Source: an uncultured Actinomycetota bacterium
GTDB taxonomy: Bacteria; Actinomycetota; Actinomycetes; JAHEKZ01
NCBI GenBank assembly: GCA_963829525.1
Contig: CAWHIJ010000003.1
Coordinates: forward strand, 2,048,001-2,112,000
Length of the DNA stretch: 64,000 bases
Direction of reading: 5' to 3'
In this document: positions 40,569 to 50,156 of the stretch, piece after piece
Numbering within the stretch: the stretch's first letter is position 1
How the letters are laid out: each line of letters begins with the position of its first letter
The notes under the pieces: model-generated
Seen by the model: only the letters and a program-made list of their open reading frames with translations
Told to the model about the DNA's origin: nothing
Databases searched by the model: none
Program-made: the position numbers and the translations under genes

Positions 40569-42122
40569 TCAGCAGCCGCCCGAGGTCTTGCTGCGCTGCA
40601 GGGACTGGCGGCTCGTCACAGACTTGCCGCGGTCCAGGTCATAACCGCGCTGCCAGTCGGAGATGAAAAGAGTCTTGTTCATCTCGTGGTTCCGGTCACC
40701 GTCGAGGCTCAGTCGCATCGTCAGCGGGACGCCAGACACGGCCGCGCGGCTGACGGTGCCGATTGCACCGCCGTTGTAGAACCACGTGATGTGCCCACGG
40801 GTGACCTCAACCGCGAAGGCCACCGCCCGGCCCTCGGGAAGTCGGATCTGCCGCTTTGCCTGCCACTGCCGCGTGCCGTGTCGAGCGCCAATAGCGACCG
40901 TCGAGCCGCCGACACGCACGCTGGCCACCGTGATATTGCGGCTCCCGCAGGCGTAGTCCCTGGCACGGTCGGGGACGAGTTCGATCTTGGCCGTGAAGTC
41001 CTTGGCACCGATTTCGAGCCGCTTAAGGCGCATCTTCGCTTCCCAGCGGCCGTATGTCCTTGCGTTGTCTCGCAGGGTCACTGACGTCGTCCCGAAGTCA
41101 CCAGGTCCAGACCATACGCGCCCGCTGTCCAGCAGAAGGCCGCCATTGTGCCGGCCCGCACGCCCCAGACCGTTGGAGCGGTCCGACCACCAGCCCTTGC
41201 GGTCAGTGCCCCGGCTGGGACGGCTGGTCAGCGACTGACCCTGCTCCCATGCGAAGTCCCACAGCGACTGACCCCACTTGTGGGTGCCACCGGCAGTTGC
41301 GGCAACCGACGTGTTGGTGCCGCTCTTCGTCGAGAAAGTCGTGTCACTTGGTGCAGACGGCAGCTTCACACACGAGCCGGAGGAGTTGGCGTTCGCCAGG
41401 ACGTCGACGGGAGTCGGGAACGACGGGAACCACCCGACCTGGCTGCCGCCCTTCGTCCAGTTCTCCTGGCGGACCCGGTACACCGGACAGCCTGGGTCAG
41501 TCGGGGGCACAACGAACGAACCGTTGCCTTTGGAGTCGGTCGTCGTGGTGGCCAACTTGTTCCAACCACCTTGGGCGTCGCGTCGCTCAAGTGTCAGACC
41601 GCGGCCCGGGAACACCGGCGACGGCAGGTCCGGCCGGTGCGACAGCACCGGCGTGGTGTCCACCTTGATGGTGAACTGGCGGCCAGACATCGCTTGTCCG
41701 AAACCAACGGAGGAGGAGTTGGGGACAACGGTCAGAACCAGATCCTGCGAGCGGGCGCTGAACGAATGCGCCGGTGTGGCCACGCCGCGCGAGGCCACCC
41801 GGTACTTGATGCCAAACATCGAGGGCGCTGGGTACTTGAACTTGAAGCTTCCGTCGCGCGAGGTCATGGTGCGAAAGCCCTCGACCTTGTTCCACTCGTC
41901 GCCTGGACGCCCCATGTTGGACTGAAGCCAGATCTTCCGGGCACCGTTAACGCCCAGATTGCCGCGGAATGTGACGGCCTGACCTCCGACGTACTGATTC
42001 GGCGATACGGCCAATGACCCACTGATTTTCGCTGCCGCCGGCCCAGCCGGGGCGATGTTGCCGAGTAGTGAGGCGGCGATCGCCCCAGCGACCACCAAGT
42101 AGAAGGGCCTGAACTGCTTCAT
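40569..42122 (-). CDS. Secreted protein with Ig-like segments and a C-terminal GH16/ConA-like domain
   Basis: Signal peptide; YGRWEAKMR and FAVEVT..HITWFYNG segments; no ExDxxE motif. Confidence 0.65.
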   Translation of the reverse strand: MKQFRPFYLVVAGAIAASLLGNIAPAGPAAAKISGSLAVSPNQYVGGQAVTFRGNLGVNGARKIWLQSNMGRPGDEWNKVEGFRTMTSRDGSFKFKYPAPSMFGIKYRVASRGVATPAHSFSARSQDLVLTVVPNSSSVGFGQAMSGRQFTIKVDTTPVLSHRPDLPSPVFPGRGLTLERRDAQGGWNKLATTTTDSKGNGSFVVPPTDPGCPVYRVRQENWTKGGSQVGWFPSFPTPVDVLANANSSGSCVKLPSAPSDTTFSTKSGTNTSVAATAGGTHKWGQSLWDFAWEQGQSLTSRPSRGTDRKGWWSDRSNGLGRAGRHNGGLLLDSGRVWSGPGDFGTTSVTLRDNARTYGRWEAKMRLKRLEIGAKDFTAKIELVPDRARDYACGSRNITVASVRVGGSTVAIGARHGTRQWQAKRQIRLPEGRAVAFAVEVTRGHITWFYNGGAIGTVSRAAVSGVPLTMRLSLDGDRNHEMNKTLFISDWQRGYDLDRGKSVTSRQSLQRSKTSGGC

Positions 42123-42380
42123 TAAGACGGTTCCTCCGGGTATCGCGGAAATCCGACTCTCTAGATGTCGGCCGGAAGTAAGGCTCGCTTGAGCCGATGC
42201 TTATTGGGGATTCAAAAAACCGTACACCAGCCGGCATGAAAACAAAGAACCCAACTGGCTACGGCGCGGCGAAGCCATCTCCACACCGGCACTCGTTCCA
42301 TATGAGACCGTCGGGTACCAGACCTTCCCATGCGGGGCCGTAACCATGTCGTGGAGTATGGTCCGGCTTCGCGACTGTGC

Positions 42381-42480
42381 GCATAATCATGCACGGGAAG
42401 CGGTTGAGCGCTGTGCGACCGCGCCTGCTAAACGTGCATGATCCTCAAACCCACCCTTGCCTGACCTTTGGTCGCAATGA
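42381..42480. repeat. Degenerate copy of the att-like inverted-repeat element
   Basis: 42401-42421 matches 45155-45175 at 20/21 nt; shared downstream TCGCAATGA; own inverted repeat ATCATGCACG (42386) / CGTGCATGAT (42433). Confidence 0.7.
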
Positions 42481-42600
42481 CTTGGGGACGGCCGGGGGTC
42501 GCGAGCCGGTGGGTGTGGAGGACGTAGGGCTCTGCCGGAACCAATCTGTGCTTGATGTACTGGCTCAGGACTCTCTGGGGCCTCATGCGCGGAGGTTCGG

Positions 42601-44025
42601 ATGCGTAACCCTCGAAGCGGGCAGAGTGGTTCCAGACGTCGCTTGACGTCCGTGCTGGCCATGACGAGCGTTTGCCTGGCTCTTGCCGCGTCGTTTCAGG
42701 CAGAACCCGGTAGTGCGCGTGTGATCGCCCCGAATCCCTCCTCTCTCCCCAACATCCTCTTGATCGTCGTCGACGACCAACCCAAGGGCACCCAGGACGC
42801 GATGCCCAATCTGCTCAACCGGGTCGCCGCCAAGGGGGCCACGTTCTCCAACGGCATCGCACCCACCGCACTCTGCTGCCCATCCCGATCGGCGTTGCTC
42901 ACCGGAAATCACTCCCACACCACCGGGGTGTGGGGCACCGACCCCGCGTCGCTCGGGGGATGGCCAGCCCTGCATCCCCACGAGTCGCAGACCATCGCCA
43001 CCGCCCTCGATACGGCGGGCTACCACACCGGTCTGTTCGGCAAGTACGTCAACGACTTCCATAAGTTTCGCCCCGACGGGTACATCCCACCCGGCTGGGA
43101 CACGTTCCGCGCCATCCTGGCTGCCGATGGAGGAGACGGCGCGTACTACCACTACAGATTGACCGGCCTCCACAGGCATTTCGGGGCGGAGCCCCGGGGC
43201 TACTCCACCGACGTCACCGGCAGGCTCGCTGTCCGGCACATCGAGAACACCCCAGCTGGAACCCCCTGGTTCGTCTACTACTCCCCGTTCGGCCCGCACT
43301 CACCCATGACACCTGCTCCCCGACACGAAGGGACCTGGCCCCTGGAACCGGCATCTGCCATCGACGCGTTCAACGAGCGACGGGTGTCCGACAAACCTCC
43401 CTGGATCCAGAAACTTCCCTTGGCCAACAAGCTGGTAATGAGAGCCCGCCTGACCAGGCAGCATGAGGTCGTTCGCTCCATCGACGAGCAGTTGGGCGAC
43501 CTACTGGACGCCGCTAACCTGTCCAAGACCCTCGTCATCTACCTGTCCGACAACAGCTTGATGCTCGGGGCGCACCGCATCACCGGTAAGGACGTTCCGT
43601 ACCGTCGCGCCACAGAAGTCCCGATGTACGTTCGGTGGGATGGGGTCACGTCGCCAGGGACGATTAAGAGCCGGGTCACCCCGCAGATCGACCTCACGGC
43701 GCTCATCGCAGACGCCGCACATGTCCCGTGGACGATGGAAGGTCGCAACGCCCTGACCACTCGGCGTGCGGGGTCAGTGGTAGAGCAGATCCGCATGACC
43801 CGGTCCTACGCCAACCACCCCGCCTACTGCGGATGGCGAAGCCGCCGCTACTTGTACGTTGCGTACGACACCGGGCAAGGCCGCGAGTTCTACGACTACA
43901 AGCGCGACCCGCAAGAGCTCGTCAATGTCATCAACGTGCGTGACTACGCGGACCGGGTCGCCAGACACAGAGCACAGGCCAAGGCTAGCTGCCGTCCCGA
44001 ACCTCCCGGCTTCAACTGGCATTGA
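42601..44025 (+). CDS. Secreted formylglycine-dependent sulfatase
   Basis: PNILLIVVDD, CCPSRSALLTG, GY.TGLFGKY and SDN motifs. Confidence 0.92.
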   Translation: MRNPRSGQSGSRRRLTSVLAMTSVCLALAASFQAEPGSARVIAPNPSSLPNILLIVVDDQPKGTQDAMPNLLNRVAAKGATFSNGIAPTALCCPSRSALLTGNHSHTTGVWGTDPASLGGWPALHPHESQTIATALDTAGYHTGLFGKYVNDFHKFRPDGYIPPGWDTFRAILAADGGDGAYYHYRLTGLHRHFGAEPRGYSTDVTGRLAVRHIENTPAGTPWFVYYSPFGPHSPMTPAPRHEGTWPLEPASAIDAFNERRVSDKPPWIQKLPLANKLVMRARLTRQHEVVRSIDEQLGDLLDAANLSKTLVIYLSDNSLMLGAHRITGKDVPYRRATEVPMYVRWDGVTSPGTIKSRVTPQIDLTALIADAAHVPWTMEGRNALTTRRAGSVVEQIRMTRSYANHPAYCGWRSRRYLYVAYDTGQGREFYDYKRDPQELVNVINVRDYADRVARHRAQAKASCRPEPPGFNWH

Positions 44026-44102
44026 ACCCCGACCCCCGTTAGCCCACCTCCGATAGACCTCAAGAGTCGAGCTAGACCGAACACTGTGCCAGTCTGTGGA
44101 AG

Positions 44103-45125
44103 ATGAATGCTGCAGATGACCGTGAGACGCGACTTGACGAGTTGATGACGGCCATTCAGCGGGCCGGCATTCTCCGGGCCTTTGTGGAGTTGGACCTGCC
44201 GGGGGCTTTGGAGGTCGACAAAGGAAGCAGTGTCGGTGATCTGGCCGATTCAGTTGGTGCTCTCCCGGAGCTGCTGGAGCGGCTCTTGCGGGGTGCTTCT
44301 GCTCTCGACCTCTGCGTAGAGGAGGTCGGGGCCTGGCGACTCACCGCGTCCGGTGCATCTCTTCGACGCGACGAGCCGGACGACCCTGCCGGGTGGGTCA
44401 TGCTGTTGACGGCACCATGGATGGCGTTGCCTTGGATTTCTCTCGCGGACGCGGTTCGAACCGGTGAGCCAGCCTTCTCGCAGGTTCATGGCGTCGGTTT
44501 CTGGGAGTTTCTTGCAGGCCATCCCGCGGAGGCCAAGGCATTCGATGCGGCGTTGGCCACCGAAGGTACCGAGCGTGCCTCAGACCTTCACCGAACCACC
44601 GACCTTGCCGGCGCAATCACCATCGTCGATGTGGGCTGTGGACATGGCACGTTGCTCGGCGAGCTCCTGAGCCGACTCCCGGAGGCAACTGGGGTCGCGT
44701 TTGATCGTGAGGAAGTGATTCGTTCAGTTCCCGAAGTCGTTAGGCTCGCAGATCGCTTGGAGCTCAGGGCCGGAGACTTCTTTGAGGAGATACCTCGCGG
44801 GGGCGATGTCTATGTGCTCTCACGAATCCTTCATGACTGGTCGGACGAGGATGCCGAGCGGATTCTCCGAAGCTGTCGACGCTCCGTATCGTCGACTTCG
44901 AGACTCGTCCTCCTGGAGCAGGTGGCCCAGGAAGCGTCAAGCCTCGATCAGAGTTCGAAACTCGAACTCGCTATGAAGGATCTCAACATGTTGGTCCTGG
45001 TCGGAGGCAAGGAACGCACCGTAGCTGACTACCGAAGACTCCTCGAGGCAGCCGGGTTTCAGCTGGAGCACGTCCACACAGGCGAGGCCTGCGACGTACT
45101 ACAAGCCCGTCCAGTCAAGGGATGA
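44103..45125 (+). CDS. O-methyltransferase (Methyltransf_2)
   Basis: VDVGCGHG, GDFF, ILHDWSD and GGKERT motifs. Confidence 0.92.
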   Translation: MNAADDRETRLDELMTAIQRAGILRAFVELDLPGALEVDKGSSVGDLADSVGALPELLERLLRGASALDLCVEEVGAWRLTASGASLRRDEPDDPAGWVMLLTAPWMALPWISLADAVRTGEPAFSQVHGVGFWEFLAGHPAEAKAFDAALATEGTERASDLHRTTDLAGAITIVDVGCGHGTLLGELLSRLPEATGVAFDREEVIRSVPEVVRLADRLELRAGDFFEEIPRGGDVYVLSRILHDWSDEDAERILRSCRRSVSSTSRLVLLEQVAQEASSLDQSSKLELAMKDLNMLVLVGGKERTVADYRRLLEAAGFQLEHVHTGEACDVLQARPVKG

Positions 45126-45126
45126 A

Positions 45127-45261
45127 CTTAGTCAAGATAGTCGCGCACCAGAAACGGCTGAGCGCTGTGCGACCGTGCTCAGCAAACGTCCAGGTCGCAA
45201 GCGCTGTGCAGTGCAATATCCTGGACTGAGCAGTCACGAAACCGGTTGCTGATCGCAATGA
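45127..45261. repeat. Direct copy of the hrdB 3' end embedded in an imperfect inverted-repeat element (att-like)
   Basis: CTTAGTCAAGATAGTCGCGCA (45127-45147) versus CTTAGTCCAGGTAGTCGCGCA (50809-50829); inner inverted repeat 45161-45174 / 45193-45205; outer inverted arm 45217-45230. Confidence 0.8.
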
Positions 45262-45378
45262 GCGGGCGGCGAGTCGTGACCCTCATCGGGGACGCGGGAC
45301 CGGTAGTCAAGCAGATGGCTCGCTTCGGGCGTCACCAGCCGCTACCGTCGGATGATTCGTCACGAAGGTGGGCCTAAC

Positions 45379-45987
45379 ATGAGCCTGTACCACGCCGGCA
45401 ACCGCCAACTTCAGGACCGCTTCGACACTCGACTGCTGGCGGACAGGCTTGACGAAGTCATCGTCAACGAAACGATCAGCGAGTCGGACGCCGAGTTGAT
45501 CTCCTCAGTCGACCACTTCTTTCTCGCAACAGTCAACCCGGCTGGGGCGCCAACGGTCAGTTACAAGGGCGGAGCACCTGGCTTCGTTCAGATAGTTGAC
45601 GAGCGCACGCTCGCGTTCCCGAACTACAACGGCAACGGCATGTACCTGTCGATGGGTAACGCGCTTGAGAACGGCATGGTCGGCATGCTTTTCCTTAACT
45701 GGTCGAAGGGGCATCGGCTCCGTCTGCACGGCTCAGCATCCATCAACCCTGACGACCACCTGCTCGATGACTATCCCGAGGCTGAGTTTGTCGTCCGGGT
45801 GCAAACCACCAGTGTTTTTCCGAATTGTCCTCGGTACATCCACCGCATGGAGAAGCAAGAAGAGTCGGTGTTTGTGCCTCGGGCTGGTCGCCGCACGCCC
45901 GTCCCGGCCTGGAAGCACTCTGACTGGGCGATGGAGGTGCTACCCCAGGGCGATGCCGCTTACGACCCAGATGCACCGGTCGCCTAG
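45379..45987 (+). CDS. Pyridoxamine 5'-phosphate oxidase-family FMN-binding protein
   Basis: FFLAT, SYKGG.PGFV, GNGMYLSMGN and NCPRYI motifs. Confidence 0.88.
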   Translation: MSLYHAGNRQLQDRFDTRLLADRLDEVIVNETISESDAELISSVDHFFLATVNPAGAPTVSYKGGAPGFVQIVDERTLAFPNYNGNGMYLSMGNALENGMVGMLFLNWSKGHRLRLHGSASINPDDHLLDDYPEAEFVVRVQTTSVFPNCPRYIHRMEKQEESVFVPRAGRRTPVPAWKHSDWAMEVLPQGDAAYDPDAPVA

Positions 45988-46009
45988 CGCTGCTCGGTCA
46001 ATGCCGTGA

Positions 46010-46520
46010 AGGTGGCGGTGCGCGCCCAAGTAGGTGAGTGCCTCGGCCCATCGCTCAGGGAGGTCAGAGAACTCTTCAGGCCCGGGGAGGTAGGCCCGCG
46101 TTGAGGTCACCAAACGGCGCGTACCAGCGATAGGTCCTCCCGGCAGGACGAACGGAAGGCAAGGCGACAACGTGTCGATGGCGGTGACGAACGGTCTCCA
46201 CGTCAGGACCATGTCATTGCGCCACTTGAGTGCCCTTATGCCCAGCAGGGAGCTTGAACAACATAACCCTGCTCGGCCCGCTCCCCCGGGATGTTGCTGA
46301 CCACGTAGGGGTGGCGGTCCCCACTCTGCCTCCGCGGCGGCGAGGGTCTGCTGGCCACGCTTGTTGCGGTAGGCGTCGACATCGATGCCCCCGACGTTGA
46401 CGGGGGGGCCGCTGGGCCAGGTCCCTTCCCGACGCTGCCGAAGGACTTCGTCGAGCTCCGCCTCGGTGAGGTCAACGCAAGCGGCTCCGGTCGATCCCAC
46501 CGGTACGTGGGTCGGGCCTG
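46010..46520 (-). pseudogene. Relic of a bifunctional DNA primase/polymerase (AICE/actinophage Rep-like)
   Basis: GIDVDAYRNKRGQQTL...WGP in one frame, GPDVETVRH..RHVVALPS..P.GRTYRW in another, then P.PEEF.DLPERW; multiple frameshifts; boundaries approximate. Confidence 0.65.
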
Positions 46521-46526
46521 AAGGGG

Positions 46527-46913
46527 TCAGGCCATGCCGGTGACGGTGTCGGCTGTGAGGACGCAGAACTCGTTGCCCTCGGGGTCGGCCATCACGGCCC
46601 AGGTGTCGGGGTTGGCCAACGTCTCGGGGTCCTGCCGCAGCTCGATGAGACGGGCACCGATGGCGACAAGCTGGTTGACCCCCTCGCCGAGGGGTCCGTC
46701 GACCGTGATGTCGACGTGGAGTCGGTTCTTCATTGACTTCGGCTCGGGCACGTTCATGAAGTACAACGGTGTTCCGCCACTTGACGGGTCGCTGACCTCG
46801 TACTCGTCGGTGTTGCGTTCCGATACGCGGTGGCCAAGAACGTCGGCCCACCAATGCATCTGCGCCAGCGAGTCGCGGCAGTCCACAACCACACCAAGCA
46901 ACGAAAGCGCCAT
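46527..46913 (-). CDS. VOC/glyoxalase family protein
   Basis: VVVDC, VPEPK..KNRLHVD and MADPEGNEFCV motifs. Confidence 0.92.
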   Translation of the reverse strand: MALSLLGVVVDCRDSLAQMHWWADVLGHRVSERNTDEYEVSDPSSGGTPLYFMNVPEPKSMKNRLHVDITVDGPLGEGVNQLVAIGARLIELRQDPETLANPDTWAVMADPEGNEFCVLTADTVTGMA

Positions 46914-47210
46914 AGGTCCTCCCGTTCCCCCGGCAAACTACCTCCGCCCGGTTGCCACAGACAAGGCAACAATCGAGGCGCCTGTCCATCGACCGCGCTG
47001 GATGCCGGATTCGCGGCGCCTAACGGCACGTCGGAGCGACCGTGTTTGCCGTCCTAACGCGTTCGGTGGTCGAACGCGGCCTCGGGGTTCAGGCAGGCGA
47101 GACTTACCGAGTCGTCGACTTCGACAAGGCCTCGTGGAGGACCCTCACCGCGATCACATGCGACGGGCGGGACCCGAAGGTCCCGCCCGCCAATTTTGAA
47201 TCCGGTTCTG

Positions 47211-48392
47211 TCAGCGGAACTTGAACTCAGCGGTGTGAGTGGTTCCGTCGGAGAGGGTCAGTGTCATGATTCGGCACTGTCCCTTGTAGAGCTTCGGGGT
47301 CTGCCAGTTGAACTGCCAGTTGCCATCCCCTTGGTAGAGGAGACCCGAGGCGTTGGTGTAGTTCTCAACCGCGTCGAAGCCAATATCCGATAGGTCAGTG
47401 CAGTTGATTTGCTGAGACCGCAAGGAGACGAAACTTGCCGCGTCTGATACTGGTGTGGTGCCGTCGAGTAGACGCCACTTCACCGGGATCGTCTGACCAG
47501 CTGTGGCCACGTTGACGAGGTTGTTGTCGATGGGACTCTTGAAGCCCTGGAACGCATACGTGGACGAGGTTGTGATCTTGAGGGCCACGGTTCCGTTCGG
47601 GGTCCAGTTGGTGTCCTCACGGAAGATCCCAACTCCTGCTGCCCCACCATCGGCGTACCAGCCCGCGGTTGAGGTGTTCCAGAACACGTTGTCCGTGTTG
47701 ACGTCGCTGCCGACCGTGACCGGCTGGTTCGAGGGAATTCCCACGTTCAGCGAGTTGTACGGTCCGTTTTGGCCGATCGGTGCCGCGCCGTAGTTGGCGG
47801 TGTTGTAGGCGATCCCGACGATCACTGAGTTCGGCAGGGTTGCGCCGAGACCACTCATGTCGAACGTCGCATTGAACGCTAGACCGTTGTAGCAGGTCCC
47901 GTTCCCTGCCCTCCACGCAAACCCGACCCCGTATCCCGTGTCGGGGCAGGTCGGGTCCGCAGCAGGACGCCACGGGATGGTCACGTTCTGTGTCGTTGTG
48001 CCCAAGAGGTTGTTTGGTACGCCTTGGGCGTCCAGTGTGTCGGCGTAGATGTTCACAGTGATCGGGTGCGTCCAGCTCGTCGAGTTCCCTGAGTACCGAG
48101 CATCGGACGCATAGTCGGCATACACCGCCCAGGTGCTCATCGTGACCGTGACGCTGCTCAATGCCCGGTTGGTTCCACCGAGGTTGACGTGGTCCCCGAA
48201 CTCAGCAGTTTGTGTCGCCTGAAAGCCCAGGCTCGGGACATTTGGCGGCAGCGGTGACGGGGTGGCGTCGTAGACAGTCACGCTTGCCGGGGCAGCGTTC
48301 GCTGGCGCGAACGTCATCAGAGAGCCAGAGACTGCAAGAGCGAGGCCGAACAGACCCACACTGCCCGCAGTACGTAACCGATTCAAACGCAT
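47211..48392 (-). CDS. Secreted protein with a C-terminal PxKF-like domain
   Basis: Signal peptide from ATG 48392 (GAAGGG RBS); FQGFKSPIDN...AGQTIPVKWRL...WQFNWQT. Confidence 0.8.
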   Translation of the reverse strand: MRLNRLRTAGSVGLFGLALAVSGSLMTFAPANAAPASVTVYDATPSPLPPNVPSLGFQATQTAEFGDHVNLGGTNRALSSVTVTMSTWAVYADYASDARYSGNSTSWTHPITVNIYADTLDAQGVPNNLLGTTTQNVTIPWRPAADPTCPDTGYGVGFAWRAGNGTCYNGLAFNATFDMSGLGATLPNSVIVGIAYNTANYGAAPIGQNGPYNSLNVGIPSNQPVTVGSDVNTDNVFWNTSTAGWYADGGAAGVGIFREDTNWTPNGTVALKITTSSTYAFQGFKSPIDNNLVNVATAGQTIPVKWRLLDGTTPVSDAASFVSLRSQQINCTDLSDIGFDAVENYTNASGLLYQGDGNWQFNWQTPKLYKGQCRIMTLTLSDGTTHTAEFKFR

Positions 48393-48638
48393 GTGATCAA
48401 ACCCTTCCGATCTTGTCGGGTAACACCAACTCGGGCCATCCACCTCGGGAAGAACAAGGAAGATGACGAGGGCTCTTGGGCTCTTCGACCCAAGTAACTC
48501 TCGTTCTAGCGTGCGACAGCCTCGACGCTCTAGGGGCTTTGTGCTCTCTGACTCCGCGTAGTCGCTTGGTGACAACTGAAGGGCGTCCATGCCACTCGTG
48601 GCACGCCGAGACGGGCTCTTTGCGTGTAGAGACCTGGT

Positions 48639-48660
48639 CTCGGAAACGAGCGTTTCTGAG
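48639..48660. other. res-site-like palindrome
   Basis: CTCGGAAACG-AG-CGTTTCTGAG immediately before the resolvase codons. Confidence 0.55.
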
Positions 48661-49299
48661 GTCAGCACACAAGAGCAAGACGAAGCACTCCAACGCGACG
48701 CCCTCGACGCAGTTGGATGTGAACGCCTCTTCGTGGACAAAGCATCCGGGGCCTTGGACAGTCGACCCGCCCTAGACGCGATGCTCGACCAGCTGCGAGC
48801 CGGCGACCTGGTGGTGGTGTGGCGGCTGGACCGGCTGGGCCGGTCACTACGCCACCTGATCGACGTGGTGGCAGACCTTGAATCACGTGGCGTGCAGCTA
48901 CGCAGCCTGACGGAGAACCTGGACACCTCCACACCGAGCGGGAAGCTCACCTTCCACGTCTTCGCCGCGATGGCGCAGTTCGAGGCGGACCTCATCCGGG
49001 AACGCACGCAAGCCGGCCTGGCTGCGGCAAGGGCTCGAGGCCGCACAGGTGGCAGACCGACGGTGTGGACCGCGGAGAAGCTGGCGACGGCACGGGCGAT
49101 GTACGAGTCCGGTGAGCAGGATGTCGCCACCATCGCCCGGGTACTCGGGGTCAGCAGGGCGTCGGTGTACCGAGGTCTCGCTGTTGGCTCTGAGCTCCTG
49201 AGGTCGGCGGCATCCCCAATGGCCCTCGATACCTCGTCGTGCGGCCCGCGGCCCCCCTCAACATCCATCCACAAACCTGAGGATCGCCAGCGGGAGTAG
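48661..49299 (+). pseudogene. Serine recombinase (resolvase/invertase), 5'-truncated
   Basis: VST.EQ...QRDAL, SGA..SRP, VVWRLDRLGRS, ERT.AGL.AARARGR.GGRP and HTH LGVSRASVYR; lacks the M..GYAR start. Confidence 0.8.
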
Positions 49300-49392
49300 C
49301 CCGGCGGGGACGTTGGCCTCTGGCCGTCAAGGTGCCGAGCGGCAGACTGGGAGTGGGCAACGAGTGCCCCAGCGAATTGGGAAGGGGTCAAG

Positions 49393-49740
49393 ATGTCCAC
49401 TGTTGCGAGCAACGCTCCAGCGACTAGCCCTGCAAAGAGGAACCTGATCCGCGCTTGGGTGTCCTTGGGACTGATGGTGCCCGGTTTCGTCGGGCTGATG
49501 GCGTTTGGCGAATGGTCGGATACCGAGAACGCTCCTGCCTTCGCGTCAGTGTTGACCGTGGTGATGGTCGCCCTCTTGGCGGCCTTCGCGGCGGGCGCCG
49601 TGTGGTTCGGCGTGCAAGCACGCAGGCTAGGCAGGCGTGCGGGCCTCGTGCCTGCGATCCTGGCCGGGCTCGGCGGTGCCTACTTCCTGGTCGGGTTCGT
49701 CGCCCAACTGCTCAACGGGGGGGAGCCCTTCGGGGGCTGA
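49393..49740 (+). CDS. Small 3-TM membrane protein
   Basis: 115-aa hydrophobic ORF with a GAAGGGG RBS. Confidence 0.7.
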   Translation: MSTVASNAPATSPAKRNLIRAWVSLGLMVPGFVGLMAFGEWSDTENAPAFASVLTVVMVALLAAFAAGAVWFGVQARRLGRRAGLVPAILAGLGGAYFLVGFVAQLLNGGEPFGG

Positions 49741-50156
49741 CCCCCCGGGCCGTCATCACTCTGATCCTGGGTGTGGCCTGGGCGGGGATCAGCATGTCGG
49801 TCTCACGAGAAGCCGTAGAGCCCCGCTGCACGAGAACGTTGAGTGGCTGGCCTCACGTGCCACCTGACCCCCACCGAGAGACCAACGAGCACCACGACGT
49901 CGCCACCATCGCCGGGTGCTGGGGGTCAGCAGGGCGTCGGTCTATCGCGGACTCTCGTCATGAGCCTTGGCGAACCCGCTCTCACGATTCCAGTGGCTAC
50001 CTTCGACCATAGGCTCTCAACCCACGAAGTCAGCTCAAGGCAGGACCCAGTGACAAGGAGAACAACCATGGCCCCGGATCTTGCCGGCGACTGCCCATCG
50101 CGCTGGGGCGGAATGAGGGAACCGGAGATCACGTGCGGCGCACTTCCGCCGAACCG

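Noticed and set aside
42377-42404. GTGCGCATAA resembling the XerC arm of E. coli dif
   Set aside because: No XerD-type TTATGT arm follows after a 6-bp spacer
45940-46989. 349-aa ORF
   Set aside because: It is a chimera of an off-frame read of the VOC gene and prim-pol relic pieces
47211-49412. 733-aa ORF as a single protein
   Set aside because: Its N-terminal half is the antisense of the resolvase; the real gene starts at 48392 with a signal peptide
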